Positions 1 to 15,777 of a stretch of 64,000 nucleotides of DNA are shown here, in pieces (the first letter of the stretch is position 1; the number at the start of each line of letters is the position of its first letter). The notes under the pieces are model-generated. The model had not been told where the DNA came from, did no database searches, and saw only the letters and a program-made list of their open reading frames with translations. Made by a program: the position numbers and the translations under genes. Where the stretch lies: contig JABVCE010000002.1 in NCBI GenBank assembly GCA_014905635.1, positions 1,116,001 to 1,180,000 on the forward strand. Direction: 5' to 3'. This stretch comes from Scenedesmus sp. PABB004 (Eukaryota).

Positions 1-544
1 CGGCCCCGCAACCGCTGCCACGCAACCGTCGCTGCCACCGGCCGGCCCCGCACGGCCATGCCGATCGCCGCTCACCGTCACGTCCGGCGCCGGCGACTCG
101 ACGGCGGCGGCGGCGGCCATCGCGCGGGACGCGGCGCGGCGCGTGGCGGCGCGGCGCGGCGCGGTGGCAGCGGCGGCGGCGGCGGCGGCGCGTGGGAGGG
201 CGTGTCGGCGCAGCGCGGCGGCGGCCATGGCGTGCGGAGTCTGGAGGAACCGCGAGGCGGGCGAGCCGGGCGAGCTCGGGAGGAGAGCAGCAGAATAGAG
301 CACGCCGAAAAACCACACGACCCCTGCATCAACGCGGTGCGTCGCCCCGCTCAGGAGTCTTACAACGCCCAGGCTCACACCACGCGCGACCGCGCAGGCA
401 GCCTCGCCGCGCCGGCGCCCGGAGCAGCGCTCGGGCCGACCTCCTCGGCGACGCAGCAGCGCGCCCGACGCCCGGTCGCGGCCCGCACGCTCCAAAGAGG
501 CGGCTTGGGAGTTCACCGACCCGCTCGCGCGCCGGCGCAGCGCC

Positions 545-4012
<3,468 letters not shown>

Positions 4013-4976
4013 GCGCGCACGGCCCGAGGCGAGGCGGGGCGAGCAATGAGCGGGGCTGGGTTGAGGGTGATGGTGTGGGTGTGGGGTGGGGGCAGTTTTT
4101 GGTCGTCGTCCTGTCTCCTCTGTGCCTTGCCTCTGCGGGGTCAGAGGTCTAGAGCTCGCGCGGCGCATGCCGGGAGCTTCGCACGGCCCGGCGAACACTA
4201 CTCATGGTCGCGGTGTGGCGCCGGCCGCCGGTGGTGGGCCTGGCGATGCGGCCTACTAACCAGTTCACGTGCGCGTGCAGTGCGCGTGCAGTACCACCAT
4301 CGACACGAGCAGTGCGCGAGCGGTGCGCGTGCTGTGCGCGAGTGCGCGCCTCGGACGGCCACCCTGGCGCGGCAGAGAGAGTTTTGTCGAACCGTGTGCA
4401 TCCACACGTGCCTGCACGCTACTACTTGGCACCGATTTCGTGTTGGTTGGGCGGCGGCGCGCGCGTGGCCGCGTCAGCTGGGCAACTCGTCTGCAGTGTT
4501 TCCGCCGCCGCCACGCCGCCGCGCGCGCGTGCCGGCCGTCGCGCTGCCTGCCGCTTGGTCACAGACCCAGCGCGCCCAGCTGCAACCCTCCACCAGGGAC
4601 GGCCCCACAGCGCGCCCTCCGTAGCAGCAGGCGTCTGCTGCTCCTGCGTTTGCCAAGCCGCAGTCGCTCGCGCCAGCTCGCGGACGACAGACGCCAGGCC
4701 ACGCACGCGCACCTCAAGGTGCGCCCGCGCTCGCATGTGCCGCCTGGGCCGCGCGCGGCAATCGCAACGCGCGCGCGGGCACGACGCCTCCCAGCACCTC
4801 GCACGCGGGCAGCTGCGGCGCCCAGCCTGTGCGCTGCAACGGCGCACGCCGGCCTGCGGCGCCGCGGCGCCGCGCCGCCGCGCCGCCGCTCACGGCGGCG
4901 CTGCCGCTGCTGCGCGCCGCAGGCGCCCGCCCGGTCTTCGCGGCGCGCTGGCGCCGGCGCCTTCGGCGGCGCCGCC

Positions 4977-6472
4977 ATGGCGGGCACGAAGGACATCGAC
5001 TGGGACCAGTGCGCGGCGCGGCGGCGCGCGGCGCGGCGGCGCGCGGCGGGCGCGGCGCGGCGGGCGCGGCGCGGCGGGGCGGCGGGCGCAGCCGCCGCCC
5101 CCTCACGCTCGCTCGCTCTCCGCCCGCGCCCGGGCCTCCGCAGCCTGGACAAGCGCAAGTTCTTCCTCGTCGGCGTGGGCCTGTTCAGCGGCGTGACGTG
5201 CACGCTCTACCCGCTAAGCGTGGTCAAGACGCGGCAGATGGCGGCGCACGGCGCCGTCGGCGCGGGCCTCGGCGGCACGCGCGACGTCGCCGCCCTCATC
5301 TGGCGCGCCGAGGGCATGCGGGGCTTCTACCGGGGGTTTGGCACGGTGCTGTTTGGCACGATCCCGGGGCGCACCATTTACATGAGCAGCCTGGAAATGG
5401 CCAAGGCCGCGACGCACCGCCTCGGTGAGCAGCTGGACATCGCGCCCAGCGCGCTCGCGGGCGTGTCGAGCTTCGTCGGCGGCGCCGCGGGGTCGCTGAG
5501 CACGCAGGCGGTCGTGGTGCCCATCGACGTGGTCAGCCAGCGCCTCATGGTGCAGGGCGGGGCGCTCGGCGGCGCCGCGGCGGCGCGCGGCGGCGGCACG
5601 CCCGCGCAGCCGAGCGGCAGCGGCGGCGGCGGCGGCGCGGCGGGGCCGCGGCAGCAGCCGCTCGCCGCCGCGCCGCCGACGCCGCCCGGGCAGCAGACGC
5701 GGCAGCTGAGCAGCCGCAGCGGCGGCGGCGGCGGCAGCAGCAGCAGCAGCAGCAGCAGCCGGCACCGGCTCGGGCCGCGGCGCCGCGGCGCGGCGGCGCT
5801 GGGCGGCGCAGCGCGGGGGCTCGCGAGCGCCGCGGGCGGCGCGCCGGCGATGAACGGGCTCGCCATGGCGCGGCTCATCGTCCACCAGGAGGGCATCGGA
5901 GGGCTCTACCGCGGGTTCTGGCCCTCCGTGGCGACCTTTGTGCCCAGCAACGGTGCGCCCGCGGCTGCTGCTGCAGGGCCGGCGCGCGCGGCGCTGGCGC
6001 GGCGCGTCGGCGCGCCGGCGCACGCCAACAGTCGCACCGCCGCCGCCGCGGCTGCCGCCGCCGCCGCGCAGCCATCTGGTGGGGCGCGTACGGCTTCTGG
6101 CGGCACGTCGGCGAGCAGCTCGTCACGTCGCTGGGCGCCGGGAGCGGCGGCGCGCAGGGCGGTGCGGGCGCGGCGCCGCTGGTGGGCATCCAGGTGGCAG
6201 CCGGCGTCCTGTCGGGCTGCACCAGCGCGCTGCTGACCAACCCGCTTGACCTGGTCAAGACGCGGCTGCAGGTCGTGGAGCCGGTCGACGGCCGCGTGCC
6301 GCGCTGGGGCGCCGTGCTGCGCGAGCTGCTCGCCGAGGAGGGCCCGCGCGGGCTGCTGCGCGGCGTCGCGCCGCGCATGGCCTCCAGCGCGCTCTGGGGC
6401 ACCGCCATGGTCACGACGTACGAGTTCCTCAAGCGCACCTGCGCGCTGCCCGACGCGCCGCGCGGCGCCTGA
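4977..6472 (+). CDS. Mitochondrial carrier family protein (SLC25A44-like)
   Basis: MAGTKDIDWD..LDKRKFF start and three carrier signatures: YPLSVVKTRQM, VPIDVVSQRLM and NPLDLVKTRLQ. Also GFYRGFG and GLYRGFW. Confidence 0.92.
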
Positions 6473-6781
6473 GCGGCGGCGGCGGCGGCGGCGGCGGCGA
6501 GAGTCGTTCTGAGCGCTGGGCGCTGGGAGAAGAAGAATGGGGGACGTGAGGGTCGTGCTGACAGGAAACGGAGAGGCGGCCGTTTGCAGCTGCGTGACGT
6601 CAAACGCTCGGTGACCGCCGGTGGGCGCGCCCTGCGTGCCTGGCAGTGCGCTCCCTGGCGGCAGCAGACCACACAGCGTGGGAGCAGAACACACCGCGCC
6701 GCAGCTCGCCGTCGTCCGCGGCTGCAGCAGCGCGGCGCCGCTGCCGCTGCCGCGACCGCCGCGGCCGCTGCGACCGCCGCC

Positions 6782-8000
6782 ATGCACAGTCGCGCCCACT
6801 GCCGCTGCGTCGGAAGCAGGGGAGCAAGACTGCGTAGCTCGCGGCGCCGGCTGTCGCCGCTCGCCGCCGCGGGCGAGCAGCAGGCGCGGCAGCAACAGGC
6901 CCACGGCGCCGGGGGCGCGCCGGCGACGCGCCGGCGCCTGCTGGCCGCCGCCGGCCTGCTGGCGGCGCCGGCAGCGGGCCTGGCGCTGGTCGCGCCGCGG
7001 CGCGCGGCGGGCGCGCCGCGGCGCTCGCTGCAGGCGGACGCGCGGCTGGCGCCGCTGCAGTCGTTCTGGGCGCGGCTGGTCGCGGAGCTGCAGGAGCAGC
7101 TCTCGCCGGACTTCTCGCCCGCGCTGGTCGCGTACGGCCCTGCCGAGCTGCTGCCCAGCGGCGCGCCGGGCGACCCGGCGCTGGAGTACCGCAAACGGCG
7201 AGTTGCGTGCGGCGCGTTCACGCCCGGCTTTCAACAGCCCTACGCGCTCTGCCCGCTGGTGCCCGGCGGCGCGCCCGCGAGCGACGCGGCGCGGGCGTGC
7301 TGCCGGCACTTTGCCTACGCCGTCCCTCGGTCGCGCTTCGCGCTCGCCGCGCTCGACCGGCAGAGCAGCGTCGTCGTGTCGCCGCGCCTCGCGCTCGCGG
7401 CGCCCGCGACGTGGCAGGGCGTCCTGGTGCACGAGTGCGGGCACTGCATCGATTTCCACGTGTTTGCGGAGTGAGTCGGCCCGCGCGCGGCGCGCCCGAG
7501 CTGGGCCTGCCGCCGCGGCGGCCCCAGCAGCAGCCGCCTCGCGTGAGCCGACCGCGGCACCGCCGCCGCCGCTGCGCGTGCTGCGCCGCAGGCGCTACAG
7601 GCTGCCGCCGGGGCCGGCGCCGCGCTCGGCCGCCGCCGCCGCGGCGCTCGCTGCCATCGACGCGGAGGAGAGCGATGCAGAGCTGCGCGCCGACAGGATG
7701 GCCAATGCGCTGCTCGCGGACCTGCTGGGTGCGCGGGGCGGAGCCGGGGCTGCCAGCGGCACCACGTGCCTGCGTGCACGCAGGCTGAGGCTGAGGCTGA
7801 CCCCGACCCCGGCGCTGGCCGCTGCCGCCGCGCGTGGCGCAGGTCGGAAGCTCTGCTACTCGACGGCGACCAGCGTGCAGGCACTCGTGCCGCCAGACGC
7901 GGCGTGCGCGTCCGAGGCGGAGGCCGAGGCGCTGCGGCTGGGCGGCGGGGCGCCCCCGGAGTTTGTGCGGCATTTCCCCCACGCGCCGGTGTCGGCGTGA
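6782..8000 (+). CDS. Putative zinc metallopeptidase-like protein (HExxH), possibly plastid/thylakoid-targeted
   Basis: VLVHECGHCIDFH followed after an intron by ELRADRMANALL. The N-terminus resembles a transit peptide with a TRRRLLAAAGLL twin-arginine-like segment. Confidence 0.6.
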
Positions 8001-8295
8001 CGCCGCGTTGCGCGGGCCGCCTCGTTGAACAGCCAACAACCATGGGGCCGCAGCGCGCAGGCACCGGCTGCTGCAGGAGTCCGGGACCGCGCGCCGCTCG
8101 CACGCATCAACGCAGACGTGACCAGCCGGTCACAAGCAGCGAGCCCCCGCGTGCGCAGGCGCACAGCGCGCGGGGCGGCGGCCGCTGCGGCCGCCCCGGC
8201 CCCGGGCGGCGATGTACAGAGGAGGCCCGGCGTGCCGCGCGGCGCGTTCGCGGCGCCACGCGAGGCCGCCAGCGGCCGGTGGCCCGTCCGCCGGG

Positions 8296-10069
8296 TCAGC
8301 CGACCCGCTCATAGAAGAGGATGTAGCCGTGGTCCATGTGGTTGCTGTACTCCTGCGCAGCGCGGCGCGGCACAGCACGGTGCGGCGCGGCAGTTTGGCT
8401 CGGCCAGCGGCCTGGCCGCCGCGTGCGTGCGCGCCCCGCGCGCGCGCGCGCGCGCGCGCCGCGCCGCGCCTGCGTGCTGCCAAAGGTCGCGGCGACGGTG
8501 GACTCATTGATGATCTCCACCGCGTCGTCGTCGAAGAAGAGCCACGTGCCCTTGCTCTTGATCAGGCTCACGTAGTGCCCTGCGCGGCGCGGCGCGGCGC
8601 GGCGCGGTGGGCCCTGCCGCGGCGCCCGCCCCCGCGCGCGCGGGGCGGCGGCACGCTGCGCGTGGCGCGCGGCGCGTGGCGGCGCGCGCGCACCGTGGTG
8701 CGGGCCGCTGCCGACGTGGACGACGACCGCGAAGAGGCTGTACAGCGCGTCCTGCCCGACCGCGTCGTCGGTCGTGTTGGGCAGCTTGAGCTCAAAGGGA
8801 AACACCACGCGGTACATGAGCTTGCGCATCCTGCGAGCGCGGGCGGGGCCGGGCACCGCGTCGGTGGCGGCGGCGGCGGCAGCGCCGCCGCCGCTGCGCG
8901 CGCGGCCGAGCAGGCGCGGCGCGCGGGCGGCGGCGGCGGGGGCGCGGGTGGGGGCGGCGGGCGCGGCGCGCCTGTGCAGCGTCTCGATGTACTTGAAGCG
9001 CTTGAGGTGCAGGATGAGGCACGGCGGCGCGGCGGAGACCTTGATGCGCTTCTGCGCCTCCTGGTGGCTGCCGCAGCACTCGCACTCAAACTTGTTGGTG
9101 CGCGCGAGCATCTCAGTTTTGCTGCGCGCGCCGGCGCGCGCGCGGCGGCGGGGCGTCGGCGCGGCGCGGCGAGCCCGGCGCCGCGCCCGGCGCCGCCGCG
9201 GCGCGGCGCGGCGCCGCACCTGAACTGCTTGAGGCAGCTCGTGATGGACGTGTTGTGGTCGATCTCGAGGCTGAGGTCCATGAACACCTCCTCGCGCCGC
9301 GTGACCGTCTCGCACTGCAGGCAGCGCGTCTCGCTCACGAGCCGGCCCTGGAAGATGTCGTGCACCCACGTCGGCCGCGGGCCCGCGCCGCCCGCGGCCG
9401 CCGCCTGAGCGCGCGGCGCCGTAAACGGGCTGCCCACGCCGCCGCCGCCGCTGCTGCGCTCCTGCGCCGCCGCGGCGGCCTTGTCCTGCGCCTCGAGCAG
9501 CTCCGCCATCTCGTTGAGCAGGTAGTTGAGGAACTCATGCGCGTCCTGCAAAAGCGCGGCGGCGGTGAGCGCGCGGCAGAGGCGGGCGCGGCGCGGCGCG
9601 CGGGTGCGGCAGCGGGCGCGCCTGGTGGAGGTGGCTGCGGAAGAGCTCGTTGTCGCGCTTGAGGCGCTGCACGAACTTCTTGGGCGGTATCACGCCCGTC
9701 TTCTTCTTGCTGTTCTGGATCTGCGCGAACGGCGCGCGGGCCGCGGGCCGCGCCGACGTCGGCGCCGCGCGGCCGGGCCGCGCGCGCGGCTGCGTGCCGC
9801 CGCGTGCGCGGCGCCGCGCCGCCGCGGCCGGTGGCTGCGGGCACCTGCAGGAAGAGCTCCACCAGGCAGTTGAGCAGGTTCTCCTCCGCGTCCTTGGGCA
9901 GCGCGGCGCCATACTGCAGCACGCGCTCCCGGAACGGCCGGCAGCTGTAGAGCGCCTGCAGCACGCTGTTGGCGTAGCAGGTGTTGCCAAAGTTCTCCAG
10001 GCCGTAGTAGCGCTCGTCGTCGGGGCACTCCGCGAGCGCCTTCTCTAGCTTGCTGCTGCTGTTGCCCAT
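8296..10069 (-). CDS. UBP3: Ubiquitin-specific protease, UBP3/UBP4 (USP12/46-like)
   Basis: [12 protein letters not shown] start, Cys box [38 protein letters not shown], His box [23 protein letters not shown] and GYILFYER. Confidence 0.95.
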
Positions 10070-10659
10070 CACGCCGGGAGGGGGCCCCTCCCCGGCCGCC
10101 CGGGAGCGGCGGCGGGCGCCCGCCGCGCGCTCTGTATCACTGAATGCGCGTTCTTTCACCACGCGGGCGCGCGCGGGCCGGCTGCCGCCGCTCGGCGCGT
10201 GGGGAGGCAGCAGCGGCCTCCGGCGCTGCTGTCGCGCCGCGGTCGCCGGCACGCTCAGGCTCAGGCGGGCTGGCGGGGCGGGGCAGGAGCGAGGGATCGT
10301 GGCGCGTGGGGTTGTGTGTGCGCCGGCGCAGGGCGCGCGCTAGGTCGTAGCGGCAGTCGGTCGGTCGGGCGGCTCAAGCGCGGGGTTGGCTGAAAACCCT
10401 GTGAGCGCGCAGCTTACCGCAGGCCCGGGCCCGCCGGCTCACACACGCAGGCTCAGTCACTATCTAAAGCCGCCCGCCCCCGTGCGGCATGCATTGTGTG
10501 GGCATGCACGCGCGGCGGCGGCAGTCACGTCGCGCACGCCCGGGCGTGCGCGAGCCCCCGGTCGGCGCGCCTCCTTGGATCAAATCAGTGAGCCAGTCGC
10601 GGGCACCCGGCCACTGGGATGAGAGCAAGGCAAGCCCGCAAGTGCGTGGGTGGCGTTCG

Positions 10660-10660
<1 letters not shown>

Positions 10661-10692
<32 letters not shown>
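10661..10692. repeat. (TG)n microsatellite
   Basis: Direct reading of about 16 TG units. Confidence 0.95.
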
Positions 10693-10693
<1 letters not shown>

Positions 10694-12062
10694 CCCCGGC
10701 CGAGCGGGCGGGGGCCCCGGGGCGGCCGCCCGCAGCATGGTATGCACGCTGTGCGCCGGCCCGCGCGCGCGGCAAGTTCACCTGCGCCGCCGCCGCGGGG
10801 CCGCATGCTGCGGGCGCGCCGCCAGCCACAGGTGTCAAGGTGCGCGGCGCCCTGGGGCGTCCGCGCCGTGGCCGACAGCTCTACACAGGGCGCCGCTGGG
10901 CTGCTGCCGCTCGAGCAGAGCAGCCGGCAGGCCGGCGGCCACACGGCAGGCTGGCTGGTGCGCCGCGCCGCCGTGCCGCCGCGTGCGCGCGTCAACAGCG
11001 ACAGAATGGAATGCAGAGCGCCGCACGCGCCGCAGCAGAACAGAACAGTTGCGTGCAAGTGCTGCCCCTACACAAACGGTCAACGCGGCCGCCGGGCCGG
11101 CAATGCAGACGGGCTCCCGGCGGCGGGCAACTCTGGCCGACCCTGGGTTTTGCCTCCCTGCCTGCCCCTGCCCCGACCGCCGCGCCGCCGAGGCGAGTCT
11201 AACCAAGCAATGCCCCACGCGCGCGCCGCAGCCTAGCGCTGGCGGCAGAGACGTCTGCGGCTACCAACAATGACACACCGCCTGGCGAGCTACCCCCCCC
11301 CCCCCGTGCGCAAGGGCGCCCTCTCCTCCTCCCTCCTCCCAGCAACGCCTGGACGATCGTTTGTTCCGAGCCGCTCACCAGCTGCTGAGCAGCTGCCGCC
11401 CACGTGGCCGCCTGGCAGGCGCGCCCCAGGCCCGTCTCCCAGTCCGCGCCGCCGCGGCGGCGCGCCGCCCTGCCGGGCAGCAGCTGCTGCTCGGCGGGCG
11501 CGCGCCGCCGCGCGCGCGCGCCTGCCTTGCCCCGCGCGTCGCGCGGCGACTCTGGTCTGCTGCGGACAGCTCGGCGCGTGCTTTGCAGCACAGCAGATAG
11601 AAACTCTTCGCGGGGTGCTACTAGAGGTGTACGCGGCGCACGGCCGCCACTGCTGCGCGCGGCAGGCGGCCGCCAGGACTCGGCGGCCCCCGCCGCCGGC
11701 GCGGCCCGGTGTGGCCGGGGCCTGCAGCGCATGCTCCTGTCTGTCCACGAGCCACACACGCCCCCGCCCCCGCGCGCACGACACGCATGCCGAGGGCGCC
11801 GCCGGATCGGCTGCCTGAGGCCTCGCCACTCAGCAGTGTCGGAACCAGCAGTGTAGGAAGCAGCAGGGCGGGGCGGCCGGCCGACCCGCGACGCGGGTCG
11901 GCGGCCAGCCCAGCCGGCGCCTGCAACGCAACGCACTGCACGCAACTCGAACCCACGCAGGGTCACGAGCGGCGGCGGCGCCACCGACGCTGCGCCCCGC
12001 CCGCCCGCGCGCGCCGGCTGGCGCGCGCGCGCGGGCGGGGCGGTGCGCGGCGCGGGCGCGCC

Positions 12063-14176
12063 TTAGCCGCGGTTGCGCAGGTCGCGGTTGTGGCTGGTGA
12101 TCATGTTGGTCACGGTGTTGTCCCGGTAGCTGCCCTGGTCGCTGCTGCTGAAGTAGTGGATGCCCTGCACGTCGTAGCTGATAATGTTCCACAGGAAGAT
12201 CGCGCTGATCTGCGCGGCGGCGCCGCGCGCGGGCGGGCGGGCCAGGCGGGCGCGCGCGTCGGCGCGCGCGCACGGGCGCAGGGGCGCGGGGCGCGCGGGC
12301 GCCGCCGCCGCGCGCGCGCATTGCCCAGGCCTCGCGCCCCGCGCGCCGCGCACCGGGTAGTTGACGCCGCCGCGCTGCGCGTACTCTGTGGTAAGCTGGT
12401 AGTACTGCTGCATGAACTGGCGGTTGTCGGAGATGCGCCAGGGGTCCATGCTCGCCTGGTACACGCCCTCGACGCCCCAGTAGGGGCTCGCCGCGACGTT
12501 GAAGCTGCTCTGCGCGGGCGTCTTGTAGTCGCCCGTCTGGCCGCCGCCCAGGCCTGGCGGGCGGGCGCGCGGCGCGCGGGGCGCGGGGCGTGGGCGGGCG
12601 GGCGGGCTCGCGTGAGCCCGCAGCCGGCGCGGGCTCCAGCGCTGCCCACCTGCTCCGCGCGCGCGTGTGCGCCGCCGCGCCGCGCCCCGCCGTGCCCGGC
12701 TGGGCTCGGCCCGGCCTGGCTGACTGGCTCACCGTACTCAGAGAAGATGAGCTCCTTGTTGAGGCCCTTGAGGCTCATGCCGTACAGGCCCAGCTCCTGG
12801 TCGACCTTGCGCAGGCTCGTCTCCAGGTCGGCGAGGTTGGGGTAGCGCGGCAGGCCGGCGTAGGCCGACACGCCGATAAAGTCGACCGCGCGGAAGAGGC
12901 GCTGCACCTCGCCGACGTTGATCGCGTTCTGGACCTTCCACCAGTTGTTCTTCAGGTCCTGCGCGGACGCCGGCGGGGCGGGGCGCGCGCGCGCGCGCGG
13001 GGCGGGTGGGCTCCGGCTGCCGCCGCCGCCGCCGCTCCGGCCGCCGCCGCCGCCAAGCTCATCAGCTGCCAAACTCTCAGCTGCGCGGCCCCGGTGCGGG
13101 GCGCGTGCGCTCACGTTGTAGTAGTTGGTCGAGTAGATGAGCTCGGCGGGGCAGCCGCAGATCTTCTCCCAGTTGACGTTCACGCCGACCTTGACCTTGT
13201 TCCGGGGCGTGCCGTTCTGGGAGACGATGCTCTTCACGCTCCCAATCATGCTGCGCCACGCGGCGGGGTGGTAGAACAGCGTCGCCCCCATCTCCGCCTG
13301 CGCCCGGGGACGGCGGCGGCGGCGTGAGCGGGCGGCGCGGGCGGGCGGGCGTCGCTGCTCGCTGCGGGGCGCGCGCTGCGCGTGCTGCGCGCGTGCTGCC
13401 GCGCGCCTGCATGGCAAAGTAGACGTCGCGCTTGCGGTAGTTCGCGTCCTTGATCGCCTGCGCGGTCGGCTTGGCGACGGCGTCCCAGAAGCTCATCGCG
13501 CCGTACTTGGTGTTGGGGTTGAAGATGATGACGTTGCGCCACGTGCCCTTGTCAATGCCGTCATCGAGGTGGATGTGCGTCACAATGTAGAGGTTGAAGT
13601 CGACCGCGCGCTTCATGCAGTACTGCGCGGCGGAGAGGGGAGGAGGGGCGGGCCCACAGCCGTGAGCGCGGGCGGGCGGACGGCGGCGGCGGCGGCGGCG
13701 GCGGCGCGCGCGGGCCGGGGAGGGCGCGCGCGCGCGGCGCTCACGGTGAGGCCCTTGGCGAAGCGGTACGCGGCGTTCCAGTCGTAGGGCTTGAAGCTCT
13801 TGTCCCACTGGCTCTCCTTGTAGCCGAGCGCGTCGACGCGCGAGTCGCCGTTGTAGTCGGCGTAGTAGCCGGTCACGAAAAAGTTGACGGCGCGGCCCTT
13901 GAACTCGAGCGCGCGCTTGACCATCTGCACGCACGGCGAGCTCTCGCCGCCCTCCACGTCCGACATGAACAGCAGCACCACCGACGAGTCGATGGGGATC
14001 GGGCGGTACCCGCCGCGCTGCTGCAGCTTACGCGCGTGCGAGACGCGCGCCTCCATGTCGGCGGCCGTGATGCCGGCGCCGTCGGCGGCGGCGCCGAGCG
14101 GCACCGACGCCGCCGCGGCGCAGGCCAGGGCGGAGAGCAGGAGCAGGGCCGCCGCGAGCGCGCGGGGGAGGGCCAT
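12063..14176 (-). CDS. Secreted protein, probable clan-A-like (beta/alpha)8 glycoside hydrolase
   Basis: Signal peptide MALPRALAAALLLLSALACAAA and an aromatic-rich globular body. Motifs HIHLDDG..WRN, FAMQAEMG, VDFIGVSAY, LIFSEYG and IFLWN resemble GH-A TIM-barrel strand ends. Confidence 0.65.
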
Positions 14177-15777
14177 GGCTGCTGTGGAGGGCGTGATGGA
14201 CGGCGGTCGGGTGGCACTCCCCGACGCGCTGGCGCGCTGGCGAGCCTGCCGCTGCGCCTGCAGGTGGGTCTCTCCGCCTGCGTGCACGGGCGGCGGCGGG
14301 GGCGGGCGGGGGTGAGGCACGCCGGGCGTGCTCCGGTGTCACCGGGCGGGAGCAGCATTCTTTGCGCCGCGCGCTGGCCCGCTGCCAGGCTCCGCCCGCC
14401 AGGCCCAGGGCGGCGCGCATCCAGCGTCGCCCCTCCCGCCGCGCCGACCGCCCGGCCGCGGGCGGGCGGCGCGGCGGGGCAGGTGCGCGCGCGCTGCGCC
14501 CGCCACCGACCGGCGCGGCGCGGCGTGCGGGGCACGCGCGCGGCCCAGGTCGCGCCCCGGCGGCCAGGAAGCGCTCCCAGCGCCGCAGCGGGGGAGCCAC
14601 ACCCGACGCTGGCCGCCCCGAGCCTCCGCGCTGACCCAGCCTGGCGCGCAGGTGCGCGCAGCTGCCGGCGCCCTGCGCCGTTCCCGGCGCGCAGGGTTGC
14701 CGGGCGCCAAACTCACCGACAGGGGGCGGGAGCGGGGCGGGGCCTGGTGACGGCGGGCAGGCGCTGCTGCTGGTGTGTGCCGAGCGTGGCAGCAACGGGC
14801 GTTGCTGAGTGGCTGCTGGCGGGTGCAGGGGGTCGAGGTGCGGGCGAGCGCGCAGCGCCCGCCGCAGTCCAAAGCCGGGGTTCTGGCATTGAGGCGCGGT
14901 CGTTGGTAACGCAAAACGCCGCGCTGGGCCGCCCATTCGACGCGGGAGGGTGCACGCAGGCCCCCTGCGCGTCGTGTGCGCCCGGCCGACCCGTGGCGCG
15001 CCGGCGGCAGCCCGCCGCCGGCCGCACCATCACCGTCGCCGGCGGCGGCGCCGGTGCGCGACCAGGCCATCGCGGCGGGCAGAGCGCCAAAGGGCGAGCA
15101 CGCCGCAGGTGCCTGGCTGGCGGTCCTGGGGGGCGCCGGGGACGCGCGCGTTGGCTGGCGGCGCCAGGCGTGCGGCGCGCCGCCGCGCTCCGGCGCGCGC
15201 CGGCTGGCAAGGCCGGCAAGGCGGCTGCGCGCACCGTTGACGTCGAGCGCCTGCAGAAAGACGGAGGGGCTGGGGTCACCCTCTGGCTGAGCCGCTGCAC
15301 GCACGCGGCGCGGCCGCGCGCTGCTGCGCCGCGCACACCGCGCCCGCCGGCGCGGCGCGGCGCGGCGCGGCGCGGCGCGGCGCGCGCCACCGCTGCTGAT
15401 CGCTCCAGAGGCGGACTGCCTGGGCGATGCGGGCCCGGCGGGCGGTCGTGTGGGGGCGCAGGGGGCCAAGGGCGGCGCAGCAGCGGCGACCGGCGGCGGG
15501 GGAGGCGGTGCGACGCTGGCGCCACGCCGTTCGGCCGGCCCTGCGTGGTCTCCTCGGAGCGGGCGGAGCGCCGAACGGAGCCGGGGCGGTGCGGGGCGGC
15601 GCGGCAGGTTGGGCCGGACAGTCACAATTCCTGCCCAGACTGCCCGCCCGCCCCGCCGCTCGTGCCAGTCCCCGACATGCAAGCGTTCGCTTGAGAGACG
15701 CAAACCAGCCCGCCAACCACACCCACAGCCGCGCCATGCCCCCCCGGAGCGCCTAGCGGCTGGGGCATCGCGCCGCC

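Noticed and set aside
10070..12060. 2-kb intergenic stretch as a hidden gene or element
   Set aside because: No coherent exon chain, coding motif or terminal repeats were found, only a TG microsatellite and UTR-like sequence.
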